The notes: a model not told the origin generated them from the sequence alone. Shown: positions 1 through 10,219, counted from the first letter of the stretch. The stretch is 64,000 bases of DNA from an uncultured Verrucomicrobiota bacterium (GCA_964396005.1 CAYNCT010000002.1:948-64947), one strand, 5' to 3'. Numbers and translations are program-made.

Positions 1-52
1 GGGAAAGCCCGCCGTAAGATTTTTCCCAAGAGAACTTCGTTTCGCGCGTTAA

Positions 53-640
53 GTGTCTTGGAACGGCCCGATGCGCACACCGACAACCCCATCGCCCGCG
101 GAGCAGCCAAGCAACGAGCCCTGGCTCTCCGGCGTGTTTCGTGACCACCAGGCGTCGCTCACCACGTACGCGTTTCAGATCCTCGGCGATCTGGAAAGCG
201 CCCGCGACGCGGTGCAGGACACTTTCGCGCGTTTGTGCGAGGAAGAACCGGCACAGTTGCGCGACCATGTCACGGCCTGGTTGTTCAAGGTGTGTCGCCG
301 TCGGGCGCTCGACTTCCTGCGCAAGGGCAAACGAATGCAACCGCTGACCGAAGAGGACACCGCCCGCCGGGTGGACGAAGCAGCGTCACCGGCCGAGGCG
401 ACCGCCATCCACGATGGCGTCAGCCACCTGCCGCGGCTGCTGGGGCGCTTGCGGCCGGACCAGCGCGACGTGTTGTTGCTGAAGTTCCAGCACGCGCTGA
501 GTTACCAGCAAATCGCGGACGTGACCGGCCATTCGGTCGGGAACGTGGGCTTCCTGATCCACACCGGAATCAGGGAGCTCCGCCGCTTGTTCCAGCAGGA
601 ACTCGAGCCCAACCCACCCCATCCCCGGAGGACATCATGA
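53..640 (+). CDS. ECF-type RNA polymerase sigma-70 family factor
   Basis: 195 aa with a sigma-70 region 2-like stretch (DAVQDTFARL...WLFKVCRRRALDFLR) and a region 4 HTH (LSYQQIADVTGHSVGNVGFLIHTGIRELR). GTG start at 53; alternative ATG at 71. The stop TGA at 638-640 overlaps the next gene's ATG. Confidence 0.85.
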   Translation: MSWNGPMRTPTTPSPAEQPSNEPWLSGVFRDHQASLTTYAFQILGDLESARDAVQDTFARLCEEEPAQLRDHVTAWLFKVCRRRALDFLRKGKRMQPLTEEDTARRVDEAASPAEATAIHDGVSHLPRLLGRLRPDQRDVLLLKFQHALSYQQIADVTGHSVGNVGFLIHTGIRELRRLFQQELEPNPPHPRRTS

Positions 641-2760
641 ACATCCAGCCTGACGATCCCCGCCTGACCGCCTACCTGCTCGACGAGTTACCGCCCGACG
701 AACGCGCGCAGATCGAGGCCACCATCCAGCAGTCGCCCGCGCTTTACGAAGAGGCGCTGGCGCTGCACGACATCGCCCGGCAACTCGCGCATGACTTGCG
801 CCAGCAACCGTGGTTCGAGTTGGACGAGGCGCGACTCCGCGCGGTCGAGGCAGCCATCGCGGCCCGCCGGTCCGCCGCCCGGCCGACGGGCGAAACCACC
901 GTTGATCCCGCTGCTGCTCCGGCGCCCACGCTGGCCGAACTGGCGCGCGGCTGGTGGCGTCGCTGGTGGCCGGCCCTGGCTGTAGCCAGCGCCACCGTCG
1001 TCGTGCTGGCTGTGGTTTGGCAAGGCTTTCGCGCCGGCCCGCCAGCAGACGTCGCGAGGGCGCCCGCACCCGCGCCTGTCGCTCCGCAACCGGTCACGGT
1101 CCAGGGCGTGCCGCCAGCGGCCGTGGTCACACCCTTTGAAGTCCCGCCGACCGACACGTTTCCCGAGCCTGCCGCAGGCCACGCGGCCGGAACGGGCGAC
1201 GTTATGGACCTGGCGATGATGTTGCGGTACGGGCTGCTGTCGCCCGAAGCGTACCGAAGGCTTCAGGAGAGCGGTGCGAGTCGTCCCCAACCGCGCGCGA
1301 TGCCGATGCCCGCCGCCGGCGGGCCTGTTGCCAGTGCGCCCGCGTGGTTCGGACGGGCACCCGGGCACTGGGCACCGGGCGAGAATCCCTTTCAACCGGT
1401 ACGCGAGGCGCCGCGCTCCACGTTCAGCCTCGACGTGGATACGGCTTCGTACTCGATCTTGCGCCGTCATCTGCGGCAGGGCGTCCTACCGTCGCCCGGG
1501 ACGCTGCGGCTGGAGGAGTTGATCAACTACTTCCCGTACGATTACCCCGACCCCACCGACGGCCAGCCACTGGCGGTCCACCTCGAGATTGCTGACTGTC
1601 CGTGGCAACCGTTGCACCGGCTGCTGCGCGTGGGGATCAAGGCGAAGACCTTCGGCGCGGAACGGCGGCCGCAGGCGAACCTGGTGTTCCTGGTGGACGT
1701 GTCCGGTTCGATGCGTCCGGAAAACAAGCTCCCCCTGCTCCGGCGCGCGTTGCGCCTGCTGGTTGAACAACTGCGGCCAGAGGACCGGGTGGCCATCGTC
1801 ACCTATGCCGATTCGGCGCGGGTGGTCCTTCCCCCCACCTCCGGGGCGGAACCGGCCGCGATCCTCGCGGCTCTCGACCGGCTCGTTGCGACTGGGAGCA
1901 CCAACGGCGGCGCCGGGCTCGAAACGGCGTATGGCCTGGCGCTCGAGCATTTCGTCCGGGACGGCGTCAACCGGGTCATCCTCTGCAGCGACGGGGACTT
2001 CAACGTCGGCATGACCGATGGCCCGCAGTTGAACCAGTTCATCGCCCAGCGGGCCGGCTCCGGCGTGTACCTGACCACGCTGGGCTTCGGCATGGACAAC
2101 TACCGGGACGATCGCATGGAGCAGCTCGCCCACCACGGCAACGGCAACTACGGCTACGTGGACACGCTGGAGGAAGCTCGGAAGCTGCTGGTGGAACAGC
2201 TGGAGGCGACGGTGATGACCGTGGCCAGGGACGTGAAAGTGCAGCTCGAGTTCAACCCGAGCACCGTCCAAAGCTACCGGTTGCTGGGCTACGAAAACCG
2301 GCGGCTGGCGGCGCGCGACTTCAATGACGACCGCCGGGACGCGGGCGACGTGGGGGCCGGCCACACCGTGACCGTGCTTTACGAAATCGTGCCAGCGGGT
2401 GTCGAGCCGGGCGTGGATCCGTTGCGCTACGCGCCGGCCGAAGCCGAAGGCCGCGCCGGCGAGTTGCTGACGTTGAAGCTGCGCTACAAGGAGCCGGATG
2501 CCGAGACCTCGCACCGGCTGGGCTGGTCGGTCCGGGATGGCGGACGTGCGTATGGCGAGGCGTCGGGCGAGTTCAAATTCGCCGCGGCCGTGGCGGCGTA
2601 CGGACTGATCGTCAACCAGTCCGAGCACCGCGGCCACGCCACTCTCAGCGCCGTGGCCGAATTGGCCGCCGAGGCCGTGGGCGCCGACCCGTGGGGCTAC
2701 CGGCGTGAGTTCCTCGAGCTGGTCGCCAGGACCCGCCAGCTCCGACCGAACTGGCCGTGA
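637..2760 (+). CDS. Anti-sigma-like N-terminus plus one TM segment plus a von Willebrand factor type A domain protein (YfbK-like)
   Basis: The in-frame ATG at 637 (MNIQPDDPRLTAYLLDELPPDERAQIE) is typical of an anti-sigma N-terminus. There is a hydrophobic segment (WWPALAVASATVVVLAVVW). The vWA MIDAS motif is present (LVFLVDVSGSM ... TNGGAGL ... ILCSDGDFNVG). The ORF-track start at 235 is an out-of-context extension that overlaps the sigma gene. Confidence 0.8.
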   Translation: MNIQPDDPRLTAYLLDELPPDERAQIEATIQQSPALYEEALALHDIARQLAHDLRQQPWFELDEARLRAVEAAIAARRSAARPTGETTVDPAAAPAPTLAELARGWWRRWWPALAVASATVVVLAVVWQGFRAGPPADVARAPAPAPVAPQPVTVQGVPPAAVVTPFEVPPTDTFPEPAAGHAAGTGDVMDLAMMLRYGLLSPEAYRRLQESGASRPQPRAMPMPAAGGPVASAPAWFGRAPGHWAPGENPFQPVREAPRSTFSLDVDTASYSILRRHLRQGVLPSPGTLRLEELINYFPYDYPDPTDGQPLAVHLEIADCPWQPLHRLLRVGIKAKTFGAERRPQANLVFLVDVSGSMRPENKLPLLRRALRLLVEQLRPEDRVAIVTYADSARVVLPPTSGAEPAAILAALDRLVATGSTNGGAGLETAYGLALEHFVRDGVNRVILCSDGDFNVGMTDGPQLNQFIAQRAGSGVYLTTLGFGMDNYRDDRMEQLAHHGNGNYGYVDTLEEARKLLVEQLEATVMTVARDVKVQLEFNPSTVQSYRLLGYENRRLAARDFNDDRRDAGDVGAGHTVTVLYEIVPAGVEPGVDPLRYAPAEAEGRAGELLTLKLRYKEPDAETSHRLGWSVRDGGRAYGEASGEFKFAAAVAAYGLIVNQSEHRGHATLSAVAELAAEAVGADPWGYRREFLELVARTRQLRPNWP

Positions 2761-2781
2761 GGCGCGGGGCAAGGCTCCGGG

Positions 2782-4257
2782 CTACGGGGCGGAGGAATCC
2801 GGGAGGCGTCCCACCGGGCGGGTGTGGGCGCCCTCGCGTTGAAGCAGACTGTCGCCGAGGTCGTCGCGCCAGGCCGCCGCCAGCTCTTGGAGGCGGGCGA
2901 CGACCTCGGGGTATTCCGCCGCCACGTTGCGCGATTCGGCGACATCCGCTTCCAGATCGAACAGTTCGAGGCCGATTTCGCGCGTGGCGTATTGCCCCGG
3001 CTGGCCGCCCCGGCCCGGCGGCTGGGGCTGCGGGTAGGAATGCGGGAAATGCAGCTTCCACTTGCCGGAGCGGATGGCGTGCAGGGCGTTGCCCCAGTAG
3101 AACGGCCACGAGGCGTGCGGCGAGGTGGCGCCCGGCTCGCCCGCCAGCAGCGGCCCCAGGTCCCGGCCGTCCAGTCGGTGGGCGGGCAGGGTGGCGCCGG
3201 CCAGGCGAGCCACGGTCGGCAGGAGGTCAATGGTGCCGGCGACCTGGTCGCACACGCGGCCGGCGGGGATTCTCTTGGGCCAGCGCATCACGCAGGGCAC
3301 GCGGACGCCGCCCTCGAAGGCCGTCGCCTTGCCCTCGCGCAGGGGCCGCGCCGAACCCGCGTGATCGCCGTAGAGCAACCACGGCCCGTTGTCGGAGGTA
3401 AAGATGACCAGCGTGTGGTCGTCGAGGTGATGCCGTCGCAACGCCTTGAGGATCTCACCGACGGACCAATCCAGCTCCGCGATCACATCGCCGTAGAGGC
3501 CGCGCCGGGTCTTGCAGGCGAATTTGTCGCTCACGAACAACGGCACGTGCGGCATGCTGTGGGGCACGTACAGGAAGAAGGGCCGTTCTCGGTGCCGCTG
3601 GATGAAGCTCACGGCGCGCTCCGTGTACCAGGTCGTTAGCAGTCGCTGATCCGCGGCCGTGACGCGCGGGTTGACCACCCGCTCGTTTTCAATCAACGGC
3701 AGGTCCGGGAAGCCGCGCTTTCGCCGGGCGGCGTCGGGCGGCAGGTTCACGTGGTCGGGATGGAACGGCCACATGTCGTTCGAGTAGGGCAGGCCGAAGT
3801 ATTCGTCGAAGCCGTGGCGCGTGGGCAGGAACTCGGGCGCGTCCCCGAGGTGCCACTTGCCAAAGATGCCGGTGGCGTAGCCGCGTTCGCGGAGCACTTC
3901 GGCGAGGGTGGTCTCGGTCGGGTTAAGCCCGACCCGGGAGCGGGGACCCAGCGCGCCCAGGATGCCGATGCGGTTGGGGAAACAGCCGGTGAGCAACGCT
4001 GCTCGCGAAGCCGAGCACACGGCCTGGGCGGCGTAAAAGCTGGTGAACCGCATTCCTTCGCGGGCCAGCCGGTCCAGGTGCGGCGTGCGGTAATCGCGCG
4101 CGCCGAAACACCCCGGATCCGCGTAGCCGAGGTCGTCGGCGAAAATGATCACGACATTGGGCGGGCGGGGCGGAGGGGCGGTCTTCGCGGCGGCGCGACC
4201 GGCCGTGGTCAACCCGCTCATCACCACCGCCAGCCCCAGCAGGAACAGGCGCAACAT
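2782..4257 (-). CDS. Sulfatase (arylsulfatase A family), secreted
   Basis: Contains VVIIFADDLGYAD and the formylglycine motif C-S-A-S-R (CSASRAALLTG). A signal-peptide-like N-terminus starts at the ATG at 4257 (MLRLFLLGLAVVMSG). The longer ORF begins at a TTG at 4299. Confidence 0.9.
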   Translation of the reverse strand: MLRLFLLGLAVVMSGLTTAGRAAAKTAPPPRPPNVVIIFADDLGYADPGCFGARDYRTPHLDRLAREGMRFTSFYAAQAVCSASRAALLTGCFPNRIGILGALGPRSRVGLNPTETTLAEVLRERGYATGIFGKWHLGDAPEFLPTRHGFDEYFGLPYSNDMWPFHPDHVNLPPDAARRKRGFPDLPLIENERVVNPRVTAADQRLLTTWYTERAVSFIQRHRERPFFLYVPHSMPHVPLFVSDKFACKTRRGLYGDVIAELDWSVGEILKALRRHHLDDHTLVIFTSDNGPWLLYGDHAGSARPLREGKATAFEGGVRVPCVMRWPKRIPAGRVCDQVAGTIDLLPTVARLAGATLPAHRLDGRDLGPLLAGEPGATSPHASWPFYWGNALHAIRSGKWKLHFPHSYPQPQPPGRGGQPGQYATREIGLELFDLEADVAESRNVAAEYPEVVARLQELAAAWRDDLGDSLLQREGAHTRPVGRLPDSSAP

Positions 4258-4579
4258 GGCGGGATTTCGCCGGTGGCGGGGCCGGCGGGCAAGCGGCAAA
4301 TCCGTCCTGCGCGCTGGCGCGGGCCGGGCGCCAGCTCACCACCGGCCAGCGGAACGTCGAGGTCAACGCCACGCGCCGGCCGCCCGAGCGGCGCCGGCCA
4401 GCAGCGTGGTGCTGGCAAATGCGCGACAATTGAGGACGGCAGTGGCCGTGGTGACGGGGTTGCTGGGATTGACGCCGCTCGAGCGGCTCCGCGCCCGCCA
4501 ACTTTGGGCGGCGGTTTCGTCACGCCGTATTCACTGGCCAGTGCGGCCCGCTTTGCTAAACTCCGCCCGCTTTCGGGGC

Positions 4580-4879
4580 ATGAGCGACAAGCCGACCACT
4601 CCCACCGCCGCCCACGTCCAGCGGGACGTGACCGTGCAGAACAAGCTGGGCATCCACGCCCGGCCGGCGTCGAAGTTTGTCCGCATCGCATCCCGTTACC
4701 AAAGCGAGATCCTGGTCGAGAAAGACGGCGACACCGTCAACGGCAAGTCCATCATGGGCCTGATGATGCTCGCGGCGGGACCGGGCTCCCGGATCAAACT
4801 GGTGGCCGAGGGCGCGGACGCCGACCAGGCCGTGCGCGAGCTTGAGGACCTGATCAACCGGAAGTTTGAGGAAGACTAA
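4580..4879 (+). CDS. ptsH: HPr family phosphocarrier protein
   Basis: 99 aa. The His15 context (GIHARPA) and the Ser46 context (NGKSIMGLM) are both present. The start was chosen at the ATG at 4580 within the longer ORF 4145..4879. Confidence 0.9.
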   Translation: MSDKPTTPTAAHVQRDVTVQNKLGIHARPASKFVRIASRYQSEILVEKDGDTVNGKSIMGLMMLAAGPGSRIKLVAEGADADQAVRELEDLINRKFEED

Positions 4880-4914
4880 ACCGGTGTTCGGGTTCCGCCC
4901 CACAATGCTCCGCC

Positions 4915-5202
4915 ATGTCTGCACCGCACTTTGACGTCCATTACGTGGCCCACCTGGCCCGCTTGGAACTGACCCCCGAGGAGGAGCGGAAACTCGGCGG
5001 ACAGTTGGACGCCATTCTCCATTACGTGCAGAAACTGGGCGAGCTCGACGTGACCGGGTTGGAGCCAATGGCCCACGCGGTGCCCCTGGCGAACGTCACC
5101 CGGCCGGACGAGGTCCGCCCGTCACTACCCTCGGCCGAGGCCCTCCGCAACGCCCCGGCTCAGGCCAGTGGCCTGTTCACCGTACCGAAGATTGTGGAGT
5201 AG
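4915..5202 (+). CDS. gatC: Asp-tRNA(Asn)/Glu-tRNA(Gln) amidotransferase subunit C
   Basis: 95 aa with the typical GatC sequence (VAHLARLELTPEEE...L..IL.YV..L.ELD). It lies upstream of gatA. Confidence 0.9.
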   Translation: MSAPHFDVHYVAHLARLELTPEEERKLGGQLDAILHYVQKLGELDVTGLEPMAHAVPLANVTRPDEVRPSLPSAEALRNAPAQASGLFTVPKIVE

Positions 5203-5377
5203 CGTCGCCCCGGTCGCTTCCCCCGCGCATGAACCAAGAAATCGCTTTCACCGAGTGTCCGGTGGCTGAACGGCCCTGCGCCCGCCAGGCCCCTGAAAGA
5301 GCATTGGCGATGGTCGTCGGTCCCGGCAGCAACGCAGTCAGCGACCTCCGGCGCAAGGCCCGCGACATTCACCGGCC

Positions 5378-6841
5378 ATGCCCCACCGCCTGACCATTGG
5401 CGAGCTGACCGCGCGGCTGGCGCGGCGAGAGCTTTCGGCTCGCGAGGCCACGCAGGCGTGCCTCGACCAAACGGCCCGCGTGGACGGGCAACTGCGCGCC
5501 TTTGTCCACCAGGATGCCGCACGGGTGCTGGCAGCCGCCGAGGCGGCGGATCGGGAACTGGCCGCCGGCGTCACTCACGCGGAAAAGCCGCTGCTGGGCG
5601 TGCCGGTCGCATTGAAGGACGTGATCGCCGTGCGCGGCGAACCGTTGACGTGCGCCTCGAAAATCCTGGCGAACTTCGTCTCGCCCTACGACGCGACGGT
5701 CGTTTCCCGGCTCAAGGCAGCGGGGGCGGTGTTGTTGGGCCGGCTCAACATGGACGAGTTCGCGATGGGGAGCTCGACCGAGAACTCCGCCTACGGCTCG
5801 ACGCGCAACCCGTGGGCTCCAGACCGCACGCCGGGCGGCTCCTCCGGCGGCTCGGCGGCGGCGGTGGCGTCCCACCAGTGCGCGGCCGCCCTGGGGTCGG
5901 ATACCGGCGGCTCGGTGCGGCAGCCGGCGTCGTTTTGCGGCGTGGTGGGGTTGAAGCCCACCTACGGCCGGGTCTCGCGCTACGGGCTGGTGGCGTACGC
6001 GTCGTCCCTCGACCAGATCGGCCCGGTGACCAAGGACGTGCGCGACGCGGCGATCCTGCTCCGGGTCCTGGGCGGGCACGATCCCCTGGACGCCACGAGC
6101 CTGCCGGAGCCGCCGCCGGAGTTTCCGCGCCTGGACGGGGACGTGCGCGGGCTGAAGCTCGGGTTGCCCCGCGAGTACGCGCTGGGCGGGTTGGACCCCG
6201 AGGTCAAAGCTGCCGTGGACACTGCGCTCCAGACGCTCTGCGGCCTCGGCGCGGAGGTCGTGGATATCTCGCTGCCGCATACCGAGTACGCCATCGCGGC
6301 CTACTACATCATCGCCCCGGCCGAGGCCAGCGCCAACCTGGCGCGCTTCGACGGCGTGCGGTACGGGCTGCGGGTGGACGGCGCAGACCCGGTTCAGATG
6401 TACGCCCGCACCCGCGGCGCGGGCTTCGGGCCGGAGGTCAAGCGCCGCATCATTCTCGGCACCTACGTTCTGAGCAGCGGTTACTACGACGCCTATTACC
6501 TGCGCGCCCAAAAGGTGCGCACCCTCATCCGGCGGGACTTTCAGCGCGCCTTCGAGACAGTGGACGCGATCGTTACCCCCACGGCGCCGACCGCGGCCTA
6601 TCGCCTCGGCGAAAAGGCCGACGATCCGTTGCAGATGTACCTGGGCGACGTCTTCACCGTGGGGTGCAACCTGGCCGGGCTCTGTGGCTTGAGCGTGCCG
6701 TGCGGATTCACGACCGCGCCGAAACTGCCGATTGGCCTCCAACTGCTCGGCCCGCCGCTGGGGGAAGCCACGATCCTGCGCCTGGCCCATGCGTACGAGC
6801 AGGCGACGTCTTGGCATCGCGAGCAGCCGCCGGGCGTGTGA
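5378..6841 (+). CDS. gatA: Asp-tRNA(Asn)/Glu-tRNA(Gln) amidotransferase subunit A (amidase family)
   Basis: 487 aa with the amidase signature ([28 protein letters not shown]) and end-to-end GatA-like sequence. Confidence 0.95.
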   Translation: MPHRLTIGELTARLARRELSAREATQACLDQTARVDGQLRAFVHQDAARVLAAAEAADRELAAGVTHAEKPLLGVPVALKDVIAVRGEPLTCASKILANFVSPYDATVVSRLKAAGAVLLGRLNMDEFAMGSSTENSAYGSTRNPWAPDRTPGGSSGGSAAAVASHQCAAALGSDTGGSVRQPASFCGVVGLKPTYGRVSRYGLVAYASSLDQIGPVTKDVRDAAILLRVLGGHDPLDATSLPEPPPEFPRLDGDVRGLKLGLPREYALGGLDPEVKAAVDTALQTLCGLGAEVVDISLPHTEYAIAAYYIIAPAEASANLARFDGVRYGLRVDGADPVQMYARTRGAGFGPEVKRRIILGTYVLSSGYYDAYYLRAQKVRTLIRRDFQRAFETVDAIVTPTAPTAAYRLGEKADDPLQMYLGDVFTVGCNLAGLCGLSVPCGFTTAPKLPIGLQLLGPPLGEATILRLAHAYEQATSWHREQPPGV

Positions 6842-6895
6842 ACCGCCGGGCGGGTCCGGCTTCCCGGCGCGCCGTTCCCTCGCTACTTTGCGGCC

Positions 6896-7516
6896 GTGGA
6901 AGTCCGCTACCAGCTTCGCCGGGCGACGCTCGACGACCTGACCCCGCTCAAAGCCCTTTGGGAGGTCGCGCGTCAACCCGTGACCGCATGGGAGAAACGC
7001 TTGACGCAATTCCAGATCGTCGAGCGCCCCGACGGGGTCCTGTGCGGCGCCTTTGGTTTCCGGGCGGTCGGGTTTCACGGGTTGGTGTTTGGCGACGCGT
7101 TTCACTCCCGGCAGCAGGCGGCGGATTGTCAGCCGGCGGTGTGGGCGCGCCTGGAGGCGCTCTGCCGGACCCAGGGAGTCGCCCGGCTCTGGCTCCGGGG
7201 CGAGCCCGATCCGGCGTGGCGGGAACGGGGTTTTCGGCCGGCGGAACCTCGCGAACTTCAGCGGCTCCCGCCCGACTTCGCCGCGGACGGCCGGGGGCCG
7301 TGGTGGACGCTGGTCGTGCGGGATGAAGAGCTGCTGGACGCGGCGCTCAAGCGGGAGTTGGGGGAGTATCAGGCGGAAGAACTGGCGCGGCGGGAGCGGC
7401 TCCAGCGCAGCGCCACGGCGCTCCGGTGGGTGGCCTTGCTGATCGCGTTGGCCATCTTTGCCGCCGCCATGATCCTGCTGTTCACCCTGTCCGGTCCGGG
7501 CCCTCGGCGGCCGTAA
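6896..7516 (+). CDS. Hypothetical GNAT-fold-like acyltransferase with a C-terminal transmembrane anchor
   Basis: 206 aa with a GTG start. The N-terminal ~140 aa resemble a small GNAT domain (RRATLDDLTPLKALW ... GVARLWL ... RGF). This is followed by a charged helix and a hydrophobic tail (WVALLIALAIFAAAMILLFTL). The fold assignment is by eye only. Confidence 0.45.
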   Translation: MEVRYQLRRATLDDLTPLKALWEVARQPVTAWEKRLTQFQIVERPDGVLCGAFGFRAVGFHGLVFGDAFHSRQQAADCQPAVWARLEALCRTQGVARLWLRGEPDPAWRERGFRPAEPRELQRLPPDFAADGRGPWWTLVVRDEELLDAALKRELGEYQAEELARRERLQRSATALRWVALLIALAIFAAAMILLFTLSGPGPRRP

Positions 7517-7707
7517 GCGGGCCGAGGGACGGCCAAAACCGCCTTGACCCGGGACGCCGCAGCCCGGACGCTCCCGGTCATCCGAATGACGCAACGCCGT
7601 GACCAAAGGAGGCGGTTTCGCATCCCGGCCGGCGCTTGCGCAGGCGCGCCGCGGGACTTCGCCCAGTCCGACCGGGAGCCAGTTCTCCCGCCGCGGCTCC
7701 CAGTTCT

Positions 7708-9015
7708 ATGAACGGTCCAAACCAACTCACGGCGGTTAAACACAACGGCAACGGCGCTCACGGAACCGACGTCGCTCCCCGGATGGGCGCCGCCGTCGCC
7801 GGGTCCCCGGCGGGCCGGAGCGGCGACGGCGCGCTGCGGCTGCTGGACAAGGTCCGCGGCTTCAAGAACGCCAACCAGGTGCGCAGCCTCGGCCTGTACC
7901 CGTACTTCCGGATGATTTCCTCGGCGCAGGACACGGAGGTGATCATTGATGGCCGGAAGGTGTTGATGCTCGGCTCCAACAGCTACCTGGGGCTCACCAA
8001 CGATCCCCGCATCAAGGAGGCGGTGCATGCGGCGGTGACCAAGTACGGCTCGGGTTGCGCGGGCTCCCGCTTCCTCAATGGCACGCTCGACATCCACATC
8101 GAACTGGAGCGCGAGCTGGCCGCGCTGATGAACAAGGAGGCCGTCCTCCTCTACAGCACGGGATTTCAGGTCAACCTGGGTGTCATCAGCGCCCTGGTGG
8201 GCCGGGGCGAATACGTCATCGGCGACAAGAGCAACCACGCTTCGATCGTGGAGGGCTGCCAGCTCACCCAGGGGAAGTTCGTCCGCTTCTCCCATCGGGA
8301 CATGGCGGCGCTCGAAAATCGCCTCCAGCAAATCGAGCCCGAAGCCGGCAAGTTGATTGTCGTGGACGGTGTTTTTAGCATGGAGGGCGACATCATTCAG
8401 TTGCCCGAGCTTTGCCGGCTGGCGCGGGCGTATCGCGCCGTGGTGATGGTGGATGATGCGCATTCCATCGGCGTGCTCGGCCGGAATGGCTCCGGCACGG
8501 CGGACCATTTCGGCCTGACGGATCAGGTCCACCTGATCATGGGCACGTTCAGCAAATCGCTGGCGAGTCTGGGCGGGTTCATTGCGTCCGATTTCGCGAC
8601 GATTGACTATCTCAAGCACCATTCGCGGGCGCTGATTTTCAGCGCCAGTATGAGCCCGGCCAACGCCGCGGCCTGTCTGGCGGCCGTGAAGATCATGAAG
8701 GCCGAGCCCGAGCGCATCGCCCGGTTGTGGCGCAATACCGAGCGCATGAAACAGGGGTTGTTGAGCCTCGGCTTCGACCTCGGCGCCTCCCAAACGCCCA
8801 TCCTGCCCGTGTACATCCGCGACCTCATGCGCACCTTCCGCTTCTGCAAACGGCTCGAAGAGGAGGGCGTGTTTGTGAACCCGGTGGTGTCGCCCGGCGT
8901 GCCGCCCGGCTGCGAATTGATCCGCATCAGCCTCATGGCCACCCACACCGACGAGCAGATTGATTTCGCGCTGGAGAAGCTGGCGAAGATCGGGCGCGAA
9001 CTCGGCACGCTTTAA
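7708..9015 (+). CDS. Alpha-oxoamine synthase family PLP enzyme, serine palmitoyltransferase-like
   Basis: Contains [53 protein letters not shown] and the PLP lysine context [13 protein letters not shown]. By recall it resembles bacterial Spt more than BioF or Kbl. ATG at 7708; the ORF extends upstream to 7636. Confidence 0.85.
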   Translation: MNGPNQLTAVKHNGNGAHGTDVAPRMGAAVAGSPAGRSGDGALRLLDKVRGFKNANQVRSLGLYPYFRMISSAQDTEVIIDGRKVLMLGSNSYLGLTNDPRIKEAVHAAVTKYGSGCAGSRFLNGTLDIHIELERELAALMNKEAVLLYSTGFQVNLGVISALVGRGEYVIGDKSNHASIVEGCQLTQGKFVRFSHRDMAALENRLQQIEPEAGKLIVVDGVFSMEGDIIQLPELCRLARAYRAVVMVDDAHSIGVLGRNGSGTADHFGLTDQVHLIMGTFSKSLASLGGFIASDFATIDYLKHHSRALIFSASMSPANAAACLAAVKIMKAEPERIARLWRNTERMKQGLLSLGFDLGASQTPILPVYIRDLMRTFRFCKRLEEEGVFVNPVVSPGVPPGCELIRISLMATHTDEQIDFALEKLAKIGRELGTL

Positions 9016-9059
9016 TCTCGCCGGCCACCCCGGCGGCTCCTCCTTCCGCCGCTCTTCGG

Positions 9060-10043
9060 ATGAACGTCCTGCTCACCGGTGCCAGCGGCTTCGTGGGCAG
9101 CCACATTCTCGACCTCCTGGTCGCGCGCAGCCTGAGCGTCGCGGTCCTGCTGCGTCCGACCAGCCGCCGCCGCTTCCTTGAGCCGCATCGCGACCGCGTA
9201 ACGATCGTCGAAGGCGCCCTCTCGGACCCGGCCAGCCTGGCGGCGGCCCTGCCGGGCATCACGCACGTCATCCACTGCGCCGGCGCGACGAAGGCCGTCC
9301 ACGCTGACGAGTTGTACCGGGTGAATCGCGACGGCACGCGCCATCTGGTGGCTGCCATCAATGCCCGCGGGACAGCCGTGCAACGGCTGGTTCACATCTC
9401 CAGCCTGGCGGTCTCCGGTCCGGGCACCGTGGCCGCGCCGGCCCGCGAGGATGCGCCGCCGGCCCCCGTCTCCGAGTACGGCCGCAGCAAGCTGGCGGCG
9501 GAACGCGAGGTCACGCAGGGCTGCCGCGTGCCTTACGTCATTCTCCGGCCGGGCGGCGTGTTTGGACCGCGCGATGTCGAGTTCCTGCCGTTGTTCCGGG
9601 CGGCACGGTGGCGGCTGGTCCCGGCCTTCGGCGGCGGCCGGCAGGAGTTGAGTTTGGTCTTCGCGCGGGACCTGGCCGCGGTGGTCCTGGCGGCCCTCGA
9701 ACGGGATTTACCCCCGGGGCTGGTCTGTCAGGTGGCATCCGCTGAGGTCGTCACGGCCCGCCAATTAACTGCCGAAATCGCCGCCGTCATGGGGCGCCGC
9801 GTTTGGAACCTGCCGTTGCCCAGGGCGCTCCTGCCGGCGCTCTGCGGAGCGGCCGCGATGGCCGCCCGTTGGACGGGCCGCCCGAGCATCCTCGCCCACG
9901 GGAAGCGCCACGAACTGACCGCCCCCGGCTGGGTGGCGGACGTGTCCACGTTGCGCCGTGTCCTGGGGCTGGACTGCCCCAGGCCGTTGCGGGCGGGCCT
10001 CGCGGAAACCTTTCGCTGGTATCGCGACGCGGGCTGGCTGTAG
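9060..10043 (+). CDS. NAD(P)-dependent epimerase/dehydratase family (extended SDR) oxidoreductase
   Basis: Rossmann motif (LLTGASGFVGSHI) and catalytic YxxxK (YGRSKLAAE). 327 aa. Confidence 0.85.
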   Translation: MNVLLTGASGFVGSHILDLLVARSLSVAVLLRPTSRRRFLEPHRDRVTIVEGALSDPASLAAALPGITHVIHCAGATKAVHADELYRVNRDGTRHLVAAINARGTAVQRLVHISSLAVSGPGTVAAPAREDAPPAPVSEYGRSKLAAEREVTQGCRVPYVILRPGGVFGPRDVEFLPLFRAARWRLVPAFGGGRQELSLVFARDLAAVVLAALERDLPPGLVCQVASAEVVTARQLTAEIAAVMGRRVWNLPLPRALLPALCGAAAMAARWTGRPSILAHGKRHELTAPGWVADVSTLRRVLGLDCPRPLRAGLAETFRWYRDAGWL

Positions 10044-10219
10044 CGCGTCGTCCGCGACCCGGGCGCCGGTCGGACAGCCGAGGGACCGCGGGCCAAGCTC
10101 AACTTCCAGGTGAGGGCTGGTCGGCGGTGCAGCCCGGCGGGCGGCGGACGGAGAGACTCTTTGCTGACACCCTCGGCGAAATGGGGTAAGTCTCCCGCCG
10201 TCATCCGAACCCACGCTTT

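Noticed and set aside
1-60. A candidate ECF-type promoter (GAAC ... CGTT) just upstream of the first sigma gene.
   Set aside because: The spacing between the two elements is only ~11 nt rather than the usual 16-17. They lie within 6-20 nt of the possible start codons, and the true upstream region is cut off by the window edge.
235-636. N-terminal extensions in the ORF track, for example 235..636, 4145..4579, 16763..17023, 17660..18058, 18916..19125, 20270..20491, 41388..42008, 57850..58152 and 59040..59246.
   Set aside because: The extensions overlap upstream genes or repeats, are Arg/Pro/Gly-rich, and precede internal ATG or GTG codons where the recognisable family sequence begins.
4580-4879. 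HPr as evidence for a sugar phosphotransferase system locus.
   Set aside because: No EI, EII or HPr kinase genes are adjacent. A lone ptsH next to gatCA says nothing about a transport system in this window.
5369-7606. Very long antisense or alternative-frame ORFs. Examples are 745 aa at 5369..7606 (-), 428 aa at 1486..2772 (-), 813 aa at 23192..25633 (+), 649 aa at 27277..29226 (-), 995 aa at 29960..32947 (+) and 593 aa at 14631..16412 (+).
   Set aside because: Their translations are low-complexity Arg/Gly/Ala/Pro-rich strings with no motifs. They lie opposite or out of frame to genes with clear family signatures. This is the expected artefact of a stop-poor, high-GC sequence.
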